Shown here piece by piece: positions 21,260-30,570 of a stretch of 64,000 nucleotides of DNA. The stretch lies in the NCBI GenBank assembly GCA_963727445.1, contig CAVSGI010000010.1, positions 608,001-672,000 of the forward strand, read 5' to 3'. This DNA is from an uncultured delta proteobacterium. GTDB taxonomy: Bacteria > Myxococcota_A > Polyangia > Polyangiales > B10-G4. Within the stretch, counting starts at the first letter, position 1. Every line of letters begins with the position of its first letter. Both the position numbers and the translations under genes were made by a program. The notes under the pieces were generated by a model that did not search any database, was not told where the DNA came from, and saw only the letters and a list, made by a program, of their open reading frames with translations.

Positions 21260-22080
21260 GACCCGGCAGGATAGCCGTAAGCGGCCACGAAGGCACGGTG
21301 CGCGTCGAGGGTCGGATCGTCGCGGCGGGATTGGTGCAGCTCCCGCGGGCGGTAGCCGGTCGAGATCTCCACGACCTGGATCGCTTGCGCCTCGACGACG
21401 AACCACGCGCGCCACTCTCCGAGCGCGAGTCGGCTCCGCCCGTCGTCTTCGCGCCGAATGCGGCGGTACGCATGGGGCTGTGGACCGAGGGCGAGCGCTT
21501 CTTCGAGCCGGCCCGAGAGCTCGATGCCGCGCGCCGTCAGGAAGGCGAGCTGCTCGCGGCTGCGGTCGGTGAACGACACCTGCCACGCGCCGCGGGGATC
21601 GGCCGGGCGCTCGGCGTGGTCCAGAGTGCCCTCCTCGAGCCAGCCGCCGCCCGCGTCGGGGATGGCATCGGCCCACGCGACGTAGGGTTTGATGTCGAGC
21701 AGGGGCGTGCCGTCGAGGATGTCGATCTCGCGCACGTGGAGCTTCAGGCCGTCGACGCGCTCGAGACGCACCGCGGACATGCCGATGGGGTTCGGCCGGT
21801 GCGGGGAGCGGGTGGCGAAGAGGCCGCGCTTGACCTCGCTCCGCGGCGGCAGGACGCGCGGACGAAAGCCGAGCCCCACGTTGTGGTGGAAGACGAAGAG
21901 GAGCCAGAGGTAGCGCCAGCGCGCGACGTCGGTGAGGGCATCTTCGAAGCCGTGCCCCTCGAAGAGCTCGACCATCCCTGCCGTGTCGCCGGACGCTCGC
22001 GGCTGTCGGGGCGCCTCGGCCCGCTCCCGAAAGGGGGTCCGGATGATGCCGATCGGGGTCATCTCGAAGGAGTCGCTCAT
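21256..22080 (-). CDS. tsaA: tRNA (N6-threonylcarbamoyladenosine(37)-N6)-methyltransferase TrmO/TsaA
   Basis: PIGIIRTPF...APRQP, GLFATRSPHRPNPIGMS and DILDGTPLLDIKPY motifs. Confidence 0.92.
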   Translation of the reverse strand: MSDSFEMTPIGIIRTPFRERAEAPRQPRASGDTAGMVELFEGHGFEDALTDVARWRYLWLLFVFHHNVGLGFRPRVLPPRSEVKRGLFATRSPHRPNPIGMSAVRLERVDGLKLHVREIDILDGTPLLDIKPYVAWADAIPDAGGGWLEEGTLDHAERPADPRGAWQVSFTDRSREQLAFLTARGIELSGRLEEALALGPQPHAYRRIRREDDGRSRLALGEWRAWFVVEAQAIQVVEISTGYRPRELHQSRRDDPTLDAHRAFVAAYGYPAGS

Positions 22081-22234
22081 CGCGGGCTCGCAGCGTACGG
22101 GCCTCACCGAGCCCTCGCCACCTGCGGGCGACCGGCGCCATGAGCGTCCTTCAGAGCGACTCTTGCGCCAGTGAGCGGCAGATCGATCGGCCATCTCGGC
22201 GTCCGAATCATCAATGATCTCGATCCGACTCGGA

Positions 22235-22250
22235 TGGACCGGCCTTTGCT
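22235..22250 (+). promoter_or_regulatory. Possible sigma54 -24/-12 promoter
   Basis: tGGaccggcctttGCt has GG-N10-GC spacing, upstream of the CDS at 22266. The implied leader would be very short. Confidence 0.3.
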
Positions 22251-22265
22251 TTTTCGAGGTGCAAC

Positions 22266-24182
22266 ATGCGCCCCTCGACCCTCCCCATCCTCCTCCTCGT
22301 CCTATCGGGCTGCGCGGCCCTCGGCTCGGCCCAAGACGAGGCCCTCCAGATCACGGCCCCCGTCGACGGCGCCTTTGTCCCCGAGGGCGACGTTCGGGTG
22401 CAGGGCCGAATCGACCTCGCCGGCGTCAGCGAGGTGACGATCAATGGCGAGGTCGTGCCCGTGCACGGCGGCGCCTTCGAGACGAGGCTCGCGCTCGCGG
22501 AAGGCCCCGCGATGATCACGGCTAGCGTCGATGGCCACCAGGACGTGGTCGCGGTCACGGTCGACACCACCGATCCGGTGGTGGTCATCGAGTCGCCCGA
22601 GGCCGGCACCTTCTCGAACGAGCAGCGCCTTCACGTGCGCGGTCGGGTGAACGACCGCAACGTCGCGAGCGTCACCTTGAACGGCGCCGAGATCGAGGTG
22701 GGCGACGACGGACTCTTCGATCACGTGTGGGACGTCGCTCCCGGAGCACACCGCATCCGCGTGGAGGCGACTGACCGCGCGGGCCGCATCGGTCGCGGCT
22801 GGAGCTCGGTCGTCTGGGGCGATTTCCAGACCGAGGACGCGCCCCACCTCGACGCCATGATGCTCGACCTCGGGGCCGATGCCCTCGAGGGCCTCGCGAA
22901 CGGCGTCGAGCCCTTCCTCGCTTCGGAGAACCTCGAGCCCTTGATGATGGGCGCGAACCCGGTGGTCGACGGCTTCTGGGGCCACCTCGACGTCGAGGGC
23001 GAGTCCCACGGTCAGGCGCAGCTCTCCTTCGTGCCTCGTGACGGTTATCTGCAGATCTCGCTGGTCCTTCCCGACGTGCGCGTTCCCCTCCGCGCCGATC
23101 TCGCGGTGGGCGGCGACATCACCGGCAACGTCACCGTCGAGCGCGCCTTCGTGACCGGCCGGGTGAACGTCGGCACCGCCCGCGGGCTGCCCGACATCAG
23201 CGTGAGCGATGCCGAGGTGGTCCTCGAGGGCCTCTTGATCGACATCGACGGGCTGGCGAGCTGGATCGACCGCAACGTCGTGACCCGCGCGGCGCAGGGA
23301 CGCCTGGAGGATCAGATCCAGGCGATGATCACCGAGCAGATCCCGGTGCGGATGGAAGGGGCGCTGACCAGCCTCGCGGAGCTGAAGGAGGTGGAGGTCG
23401 CCGACGGGGCCTTCGTCATCGAGAGCAACCTCGCGTCGCTGTCCACCACCCGCGAGGGATTGAGCGCATCCGTGGACCTGGGCATGAACGCGACGCGACC
23501 CGTCCCCGAGCTCGCCGACAAGGCGCTCGGCAGCCTGATCCTCGGCACCGAGATCCCGCCGCGCGGCACCGACGGCAACGTGTACGCCGCCGTCTCGACC
23601 GATCTGATCAACGACGCGCTGCACACCGCGTGGCTCTCCGGGGCGCTGACGCGGCAGGTCGACAGCTTCGTCTACGGCGATCAGGCGCTCAACGTTCAGC
23701 TCCTGTCGCTCCTGCTCCCGGGTGTGGGTGCGGACGTTCCGCCCGAGACGCTGGTGGGCTTTCAGATCGAAGCCGCGCTGCCGCCGGTGGTGGGCCCGAC
23801 CGAGGACGGCCTCTTCGCGGGCGACCTCGCGGACCTGCACGTGACGGCCTTCGCCACGGTCGATGGAGAGCAGGTCACCCTGTTCAGCGCCTCGGTCGGC
23901 GCGCACGCCTCCCTCGTCGTGCACCTGGAGGGCGGTGCCGTCTCCTTCGAGGTGCCCGAGCTCTCCTTCATGGCCGATGTGATCGAGGGGCCCGCGTCGC
24001 TTCCCGATGGCGAGATGCTCGACGACATTCTCACGACGATCGTGAGCGGTCAGGTGGAGACGCTGCTCAACCCGGTGAGCCTCGAGATCCCGTCGCTCGA
24101 CGGCTTCAGCATCGACGCGCCGATGGCGAGCTACCAGACCGGGTATCTGACCTTCTCGGCGGACCTGAGCTACACGCCCTGA
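22266..24182 (+). CDS. Lipoprotein with two Ig-like (glucodextranase-B-like) domains and a BPI/LBP (TULIP)-like region
   Basis: Lipobox LSGC; ITAPVDGA...VTINGE and IESPEAG...VTLNG...EATDRAG Ig repeats; VYAAVSTDLINDALHTAWLSG resembles the start of the BPI C-terminal domain. Confidence 0.6.
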   Translation: MRPSTLPILLLVLSGCAALGSAQDEALQITAPVDGAFVPEGDVRVQGRIDLAGVSEVTINGEVVPVHGGAFETRLALAEGPAMITASVDGHQDVVAVTVDTTDPVVVIESPEAGTFSNEQRLHVRGRVNDRNVASVTLNGAEIEVGDDGLFDHVWDVAPGAHRIRVEATDRAGRIGRGWSSVVWGDFQTEDAPHLDAMMLDLGADALEGLANGVEPFLASENLEPLMMGANPVVDGFWGHLDVEGESHGQAQLSFVPRDGYLQISLVLPDVRVPLRADLAVGGDITGNVTVERAFVTGRVNVGTARGLPDISVSDAEVVLEGLLIDIDGLASWIDRNVVTRAAQGRLEDQIQAMITEQIPVRMEGALTSLAELKEVEVADGAFVIESNLASLSTTREGLSASVDLGMNATRPVPELADKALGSLILGTEIPPRGTDGNVYAAVSTDLINDALHTAWLSGALTRQVDSFVYGDQALNVQLLSLLLPGVGADVPPETLVGFQIEAALPPVVGPTEDGLFAGDLADLHVTAFATVDGEQVTLFSASVGAHASLVVHLEGGAVSFEVPELSFMADVIEGPASLPDGEMLDDILTTIVSGQVETLLNPVSLEIPSLDGFSIDAPMASYQTGYLTFSADLSYTP

Positions 24183-24193
24183 GTCGCGGCCAT

Positions 24194-26012
24194 TCAGCGC
24201 GCGCCCAGGCAGAGCGTCGCCTCGACGGTGGCGGACTCTCCGTCGGGTGTGCAGGCGAAGCGCGCGCCTTCGAGCGCGTGCTTCATGCAGGCGAGGACCT
24301 CTTCGCCGACGCCTTCGGCGGCGTGGATGCCTTCGAGGCTCACGTCGGTCACCGCGCCTTCGGCGTTGGTGGTGAAGGTCGCGTGGTACGAGCCGACCGA
24401 TCCGGCGGGCGCGGTCGACGCCGCGTAGCAGCGCGACAGCTCGTCGCGCAGAAAGCGGTCCGAGAGCGCGCGGTCGACGCCGAGCGCGCTCGCGTGCGGC
24501 GCCCGCTCGACCGCACGATAGGGCAGCGCGACCGGGGACTCGGGATAGAACGCGAGGGTGAAGGTGACGCGCCGTTCGCCCGTGCCCGCAGGGAGGGTCA
24601 GATCCTCGAGGGCATTGGTCACACAGTCCTCGCGGGGATCGCCGTAGGGCCCGGGGTCGATGTCGATGTCGCTGACGGCGCCGTCGGGGGCGACCTCGAG
24701 GACCACACGCATGTCGGTGGGCGGAACGTCGCCCGCGTCGCGACAGGCGCCGAGCGTGCGCTCTCCGCGCGAAAGGGCACGCCCGACGTCCACCTCTGCC
24801 CACGCGCCGTAGGGGGTGACGTTGCGAAGCTGCACAGCGCCGGCCACGCCGCCGGTCGCGGCGAGCCCGAGGAGCATGGCGCGGGCGCCGTCCTCCGCGA
24901 GTCGATCGACGGCCGCGAGCCAGTCGTCGACGTCGAAACTGGGCTCGACGAGCTGGACGCCGAGCGCGAGGGGTGATCCGTCGTCCTTCTTGCCCAGGAA
25001 GACGTCGAGGGAGCAGACGCGCTCGTCGTCGACGAAGTAGCAGTCGGCCGAGACGGACCCCCTCACCAGGTCCGCGTGTCGCGCGTGGAGCAGGTCGGTC
25101 GTCGCGGGCGCGCGAGCGCAGGCGGTCCCTGCGAGCGTACGGCCGCTCGCTGCGGCATCACGCGCGCGGCGCACTTCGCGGAGTGGGAGCAGGCGGAGCG
25201 AGCGATGCGTGCGACGAACCCATCGGTAGACCGCGTCCGCCACGCGATCGCGCTCCTCCGCGCTGAGGGGACCGCGCTCGGCGACGAGGAGGGCGATCGG
25301 CCTGCGGCCTGTCGGCCCGTCGTCGATCGCGTCGGGGCGGTCACCCTCCGGCGCGCTCGTGCACTCCTCGGGCCAGGCGATGCGCTCCGGGGTGGGCGCG
25401 GGCTCTTCGAATCTCGGGGAGCTCGGCGAGACGAACAGCGCAGGTGTCGCCCCAGGCACGGAGGGCCTCGGGGGCTTCGGGCGCCCAGTCGACGCAGGCC
25501 GACCACGCTTCGCGCGCCCGCCGCCACGCGGGCGCGGCCTGAGAACGCAGCTGCGCTCTGAAGGCCTCGCGCATCGCGCGGTCATCCTCGACCTCGACGG
25601 GCACCGGCAGCTCTTCGATCAAGCGCGCGAAGTCGGTGTAGAGATAGGCGGCGACCACTGCGCCGAAGAGGCGCTCACGCCCGCCGGCGTCGGCGAGCGC
25701 TTGAAACTTCTCGCGCATGTCACGCATCACCGCGACCCGGCCCTCGAGCCACGGCGCGAAGACCGCGCGCATCCAGTCCATGTATTGGTCGAGCCCGAGA
25801 TCCTCCGGCGGCACGGGACCGCGCTCCTCCAGCAGTCGCTCCGACACCTGCCACACGTCGCGCGCCTCTTCGGAGGACGTCGTCAGTGGCACGTCGAGGA
25901 CCAGCGCTCCGTCGAGACGCGGCCAATCGTCCGGGATGTCGTCACCCTCGTGAGCGTCGGGCTCCGCAGCACCACAGGCTGCGAGGAGGAGCAGAAGGGG
26001 CATCAAGCGCAT
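24194..26012 (-). CDS. Lipoprotein with helical N-terminal domain and two TonB-C-like (AgmX/PglI C-terminal-like) domains; frameshift at ~25410
   Basis: Lipobox LAAC; repaired junction ELPEIEEPAPTPE; VVLEVAPDGAVSD...CVTNALEDLTLP and TFTTNAEGAVTDV...CMKHALEGARF. Confidence 0.6.
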
Positions 26013-26086
26013 GGGCGGGAAGCTACCAAGGGAGCGGTACGCTGTCAGGGTGAAGGGGGGTTTCGGCTCGGGTTATGATCCGCGGC

Positions 26087-26575
26087 GTGAGAAAGGCGCT
26101 CGCCCTCGTCCCGTTTCTGATCGCCGCGTGCGGTCCGGCTCCGGAAGGCGGCGTTTGTCGCGTGATGGAACCGTCGAGGGAAGCGGCCACCTACGAGGTT
26201 CAGCTGGGGACGCGCTCCTCGGGCATGTTCGTCCCGTGGGGCGACGGCGACCAGGTGGGGGCGGTCCGAGGCGGACAGGGCGCGGCGATGGTGGTGCCGC
26301 GCGTCCGGATCCCGAACGCCCCCGCCGACGCGACCGAGCTCTGCATGCGCGTCGAGGTCGACCACGAGCTCGACACCGGACGCACCCCCTTCTCGATGCT
26401 GGCCGTGGACGAGACCTTCCGTGTGCTCGACGGCGGCTGGGAGAGCGTCTCCATCGAGGTCCCCATCGACTACGGAGACGTGAACATGCACATGATCGAC
26501 TTCACGGTGAACGTGCGCGGCGACACCTTCGTCGCGGAGGGAAACATGACCTTCGAGCTCATCGGGGGAACGTGA
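26087..26575 (+). CDS. Hypothetical lipoprotein
   Basis: GTG start, lipobox IAAC, 7 nt downstream of TATGAT. Confidence 0.6.
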   Translation: MRKALALVPFLIAACGPAPEGGVCRVMEPSREAATYEVQLGTRSSGMFVPWGDGDQVGAVRGGQGAAMVVPRVRIPNAPADATELCMRVEVDHELDTGRTPFSMLAVDETFRVLDGGWESVSIEVPIDYGDVNMHMIDFTVNVRGDTFVAEGNMTFELIGGT

Positions 26576-27039
26576 AGCGCGCGGCCTTGGCAATCGGGCT
26601 CGTCGCTATGCTCGCGGCCTGCGGAGACGACTCCCGTCCGAGGGACACGGGGACGGCGATGGATACGGGGACGGCGACGGATACGGGGACGGCGACGGAT
26701 ACGGGAACGGCGACGGACACGGGAGCAGGAGCGGACGCCGCCGCCGCGGACGCCGGCGCCCCCTGCACCTTCAACCGCGACTGCCCCGACGCCCAGCGCT
26801 GCGAGTGCGACGAGACCACCGGCTGCTTCTGCTTCCCCGGCGTCCGCGGCACGGGCCAGGTCGGCGTCGACACCTGCACGGACGGAAACGACTGCGCCAG
26901 CGCCCTGTGCGTCGAGGGCCCCGACGGCACCACCTTCTACTGCTCGGACGAGTGCACGGACGCCAGCGACTGCGCCGGCATGCTCCCACGCTGCATCTCG
27001 GTCGCCGGCCTCGGCGACATCTGCGCGCGCATGCCTTGA
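26572..27039 (+). CDS. Cys-rich lipoprotein with DTGTAT tether
   Basis: GTG overlaps the upstream TGA; lipobox LAAC; many Cys in C-terminal modules (CTDGNDCASALC, CSDECTDASDC). Confidence 0.7.
   Translation: MKRAALAIGLVAMLAACGDDSRPRDTGTAMDTGTATDTGTATDTGTATDTGAGADAAAADAGAPCTFNRDCPDAQRCECDETTGCFCFPGVRGTGQVGVDTCTDGNDCASALCVEGPDGTTFYCSDECTDASDCAGMLPRCISVAGLGDICARMP
26644..26724 (+). repeat. Coding 18-bp tandem repeat (DTGTAT x4.5)
   Basis: Units of ga(c/t)acggg(g/a)acggcga(c/t)g. Confidence 0.85.
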
Positions 27040-27059
27040 ATCAGCCGTTTGCCCATACT

Positions 27060-27286
27060 CGGACCGCTCAGCCTCCGTCTTGACGGACCGCTCGTCCGAG
27101 GCGACTCACCGCCCAACGCGTCCTGTCCGTCCCGACGGACCGCTCGCCCGAGGCGGCCGCCCAACGCGTTCTGTCCGTCCCGACGGACCGCTCGTCCGAC
27201 GCGGCCGCCCGCCCAACGCATCCTGTCCGTCGGCGGACCGCTCGTCCGAAACGACTCACCGCCCGACGCGTCCTGTCCGTCTTGAC
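27060..27286. repeat. Intergenic tandem array A: four ~48-52 bp degenerate units plus a partial unit
   Basis: cggaccgctc at 27060, 27084, 27136, 27184 and 27234. Units end ...acgc(g/a)t(c/t)ctgtccgtc, and several junctions form tccgtc-NN-gacgga hairpins. Confidence 0.85.
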
Positions 27287-27391
27287 GGGCTTCGGCGGAG
27301 GAATGCGTTTCGGGCCCGGCCACTGGGCGGCCTCTGGGGCGGCGCTTCGCGCCTGGACGCTGGCGCGCCCGCGCAGCGAGCCCGGTGACGA

Positions 27392-27760
27392 ACCGAAGTC
27401 CGACCCATCGCGCGATGACCCCGAGAGCGGTCCGCTCGCGCGCACCGAAGTCCGACCCATCGCGCGATGACCCAGAGAGCGGTCCGCTCGCGCGCACCGA
27501 AGTCCGACCCATCGCGCGATGACCCCGAGAGCGGTCCGCTCGCGCGCACCGAAGTCCCGACCCATCGCGCGATGACCCAGAGAGCGGTCCGCCCGCGCGC
27601 ACCGAAGTCCCGCCCATCGCGCGATGACCCAGAGAGCGGTCCGCTCGCGCGCACCGAAGTCCGACCCATCGCGCGATGACCCAGAGAGCGGTCCGCTCGC
27701 GCGCACCGAAGTCCGACCCATCGCGCGATGACCCCGAGAGCGGTCCGCCCGCGCGGACCG
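27392..27760. repeat. Intergenic tandem array B: seven near-identical 52-bp units
   Basis: accgaagtccgacccatcgcgcgatgaccc(c/a)gagagcggtccgctcgcgcgc starts at 27392, 27444, 27496, 27548, 27601, 27653 and 27705. Internal palindromes catcgcgcgatg and gagcgg-t-ccgctc. Confidence 0.95.
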
Positions 27761-27779
27761 CGAGCTCGATCCGCGCCGC

Positions 27780-28154
27780 TCATTCGTCGCTCTGGAAGCA
27801 GCGGAGGCGGAGCGGCGTCCCGCAGGTCGTGGCGTAGATCGGGTCGAAGACCTCGGTGTCGCTTGTGACGTTGCTCGCGGCCGTGCCACCACCGGCCCAG
27901 TTCCCGCAGGAGCTCGACAGCGCCATCGGCGCGTTGGCGCCCGTCCACACCGGGCCTCCGTGATACGTCAGGGCGTCGACCGAGTCGCGGTTCGCGGAGC
28001 TCGGGTCGAGCTCGAGAAATTAGGCGGCGCGGCCGGCGGTGTAGAGCGCCTGCGCCTCCTCGTCGGAAACGTGGCCTTCGCTCTCCTCCTGAGCGACGGC
28101 CGGAGAGGCCGTGCACGCGAGCAGCCAGGCGGAGAGGACCATCGCGCGATGCAT
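27780..28154 (-). pseudogene. Collapsed remnant: TPR-protein N-terminus fused to a Cys-rich DUF1554-like C-terminus, with an in-frame stop
   Basis: Manual translation MHRAMVLSAWLLACTASPAVAQEE...EEAQALYTAGRAA*FLELDPSSANRDSVDA...VWTG...SCGNW...TCGTPLRLRCFQSDE*; TAA at 28022-28020. Confidence 0.6.
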
Positions 28155-28314
28155 GGGCGGATTAGACCTCCCGAAATGTGGGGGCCGGCCTTCGCGATGG
28201 GGTGCGCGCCCGGCACAAGTCCCCGACAGTCTTCGAATTCCGCGAAGTTAGCGTCGGATGACGGGGAACCCGCTCGAAATGGCAGCCATCAGCAACACGT
28301 GAGATTGTCCCCGC

Positions 28315-28959
28315 ATGCATGCGCCTGAGAACGAGCCCCTTCGCAGCGCCAGTCCATGGACAGCGGCGATCCTGACGATCGCCGTCGCCGCCTGCGGTGG
28401 GTCGACCTCCACCACCACGACCGAGCCCGGCAGTGAGTCGTATCGCGATCTCGACGGTGACGGATATCCGGACGCGGACGATCAATGTCCCGAGGAACCC
28501 GAAGACATCAACGGGATCGATGACGACGATGGCTGTCCCGATCGCGCCCATGAGGAGGAGGGGGCCTTCGTCATCCTCGACGTGATCGTGTTCGACGACG
28601 GTTCGGCGGAGCCCGCGGGGCGTCACGGACCCGTCCTCGATGCGATCGTCGAGACCCTCGAAGGGAACCCCGAGATCGAGCTCTTGGAGGTCCGCGGCCA
28701 TCGCGCCGGGCCCGACGACGGTGCGGGTGGGCTCGGACTTCGGCGCGCGGAGGCGGTTATCGACAGGTTGAGGGCAGAGGGGATCACGCCGGATCGCCTC
28801 CGAGCCATCGATCTCGACGTGCGCTGCCCAGCTGAAGACGATTCGCAAGGCCGCGTCGACTTCCGTTTCTCGCGTTTGGACTCCGAGCAAATCGAGTACG
28901 ACAACGAGTGTGCGCGCCAGACCGAACAGCCCGACCAGGAGGAGCAAACGCGCCGGTGA
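28315..28959 (+). CDS. Lipoprotein with TSP3 repeat and degenerate OmpA-like domain
   Basis: VAAC lipobox; DLDGDGYPDADDQCPEEPED; LEVRGH, LRRAEAV and RVDF motifs. Confidence 0.75.
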   Translation: MHAPENEPLRSASPWTAAILTIAVAACGGSTSTTTTEPGSESYRDLDGDGYPDADDQCPEEPEDINGIDDDDGCPDRAHEEEGAFVILDVIVFDDGSAEPAGRHGPVLDAIVETLEGNPEIELLEVRGHRAGPDDGAGGLGLRRAEAVIDRLRAEGITPDRLRAIDLDVRCPAEDDSQGRVDFRFSRLDSEQIEYDNECARQTEQPDQEEQTRR

Positions 28960-29042
28960 GCGACGCCTGACGTCGTTCACGCGTGCTCCGAAGGTTACGG
29001 TTTCGCCGATGCTCACCGCTCCGCGCTGATACCCTGTCGGAC

Positions 29043-30545
29043 GTGTCGTATCGCCCTTCGACGCTCTGGCTGCTTCCGCTTTCGCTCGCCTTTGCTCTGT
29101 CCTGCGCCGACGACGCCGTTCCGCCGGACGGGGGAATGGACGCGGCCGTGGATGGGGCGGCCGATTCGAGCGCGCGCGACACCGGTGTGCCGCCGGACGC
29201 GGGGGACACGGCGGCTACGGGGGACGTGTTTCCACTCCACGTCTCCGCGGACCGGCGCTACCTCGTCACGGCCGGCGACGCGCCGTTCTTCATTCAGGGG
29301 GACACGCCCTGGTCGCTCATGGTGGAGCTCACCCGAGAGGAGGTGACGGAGTACCTCGACGATCGGGTGGCGCACGGCTTCAACGCGATCCTCGTCAACC
29401 TCATCGAAGCGCGCTTCTCTGCGACGACGCCACCCTGGGCCACGGCCTACGGCGACGTGCCCTTCGACGACGTCGACGACTTCTCCGTTCAGAACGAGGC
29501 CTATTTCGCGCACACCGACTGGGTGCTCGCCGAGGCCTCTCGGCGGGGCATGCTCGTCCTGTTGACCCCGGCCTACATGGGCTACGGGTGCGGGGACGAA
29601 GGGTGGTGCGCCGCGATGCGCAACAACGGCGTCGACAACCTCCGCGCGTACGGCCGCTTCTTGGGAACGCGCTATCGGGACCAGACCAACATCATCTGGG
29701 TTCACGGGGGCGATCACCGGCCCTCGACCTCGGGATCGCCTTCAGACTGGGATCTGATGGACGCGATCCGACTGGGCCTAACGGAAACGGATCGTGATGA
29801 CCGGATCGTCACGGCGCACTGGAGCCGTGGCGACAACGGCAGCGAAGCCGACGAAGCCGCGTCCTGGCTCACACTCGACTCGATCTACTCTGCAGATGGC
29901 GCGTCGATCTACGAGGAGAGCCTCGACGTGTGGGGGCGTTCGCAGGGCGTGCGGCCCGGAGTGCTGATCGAGTCGTACTACGAGAACGAGCACGGGATGA
30001 CACCGCAGAGGCTCCGCTCCGAGATGTACTGGCCGGTGCTGGCGGGCTCGACGGGCTTCTTTTACGGCAACTACCCCATCTGGCCTTTCTGGAACGCGGG
30101 CGATCCGGACTGGGGCTTCGGCGACGGCGGCTTCTCCGGCGGCTGGCGCGAGGCGCTCGACAATCCCGGAGCGTCAGCCGCCCGGATCGCAGGGGGCTTC
30201 TTCCGCGATCGAGATTGGCAGCGCCTCGTGCCCGACACCGCGCACGCCTTCCTGACGGACGGACTCGGCTCTTCCGGCTCGGAGTCGTACGTCCTCTGCG
30301 CCGCGACGCCCGAAGGCGATCTCGCGGTCGCATACTTCTACGACGGCTCGTCGTCGCCGACCGTCGACCTCGGCGCCTTCGCCGGCGCGACGGTGAGCAT
30401 CTCGTGGGTGGACCCGGCGGATGGCAGCGTCCAGCCCCTCGCAGGTAGTCCGTTCACGACCGACGCTACGATGTCCGTGAGCCCGCCGGGAGACAACGCA
30501 GACGGGGACGCGGACTGGTTGCTGCTCTTCGAATCGCCGCCTTGA
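29043..30545 (+). CDS. Lipoprotein with DUF4038/GH140 apiosidase-like catalytic domain and C-terminal putative collagen-binding-type domain
   Basis: PFFIQGDTPW, YLDDRVAHGFN, NIIWVHGGD, LIESYYE, GFFYGN, WVDPADG and DWLLL motifs. Confidence 0.8.
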   Translation: MSYRPSTLWLLPLSLAFALSCADDAVPPDGGMDAAVDGAADSSARDTGVPPDAGDTAATGDVFPLHVSADRRYLVTAGDAPFFIQGDTPWSLMVELTREEVTEYLDDRVAHGFNAILVNLIEARFSATTPPWATAYGDVPFDDVDDFSVQNEAYFAHTDWVLAEASRRGMLVLLTPAYMGYGCGDEGWCAAMRNNGVDNLRAYGRFLGTRYRDQTNIIWVHGGDHRPSTSGSPSDWDLMDAIRLGLTETDRDDRIVTAHWSRGDNGSEADEAASWLTLDSIYSADGASIYEESLDVWGRSQGVRPGVLIESYYENEHGMTPQRLRSEMYWPVLAGSTGFFYGNYPIWPFWNAGDPDWGFGDGGFSGGWREALDNPGASAARIAGGFFRDRDWQRLVPDTAHAFLTDGLGSSGSESYVLCAATPEGDLAVAYFYDGSSSPTVDLGAFAGATVSISWVDPADGSVQPLAGSPFTTDATMSVSPPGDNADGDADWLLLFESPP

Positions 30546-30570
30546 AGCCCCGCATCGCAACGGATTCTGA

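Noticed and set aside
27060..27760. CRISPR array
   Set aside because: Units repeat head to tail with no unique spacers, and no cas genes are in the window.
27068..27892. ORFs running through the tandem arrays
   Set aside because: The 52-bp period cycles through frames and gives low-complexity Arg-rich text; no plausible start or domain.
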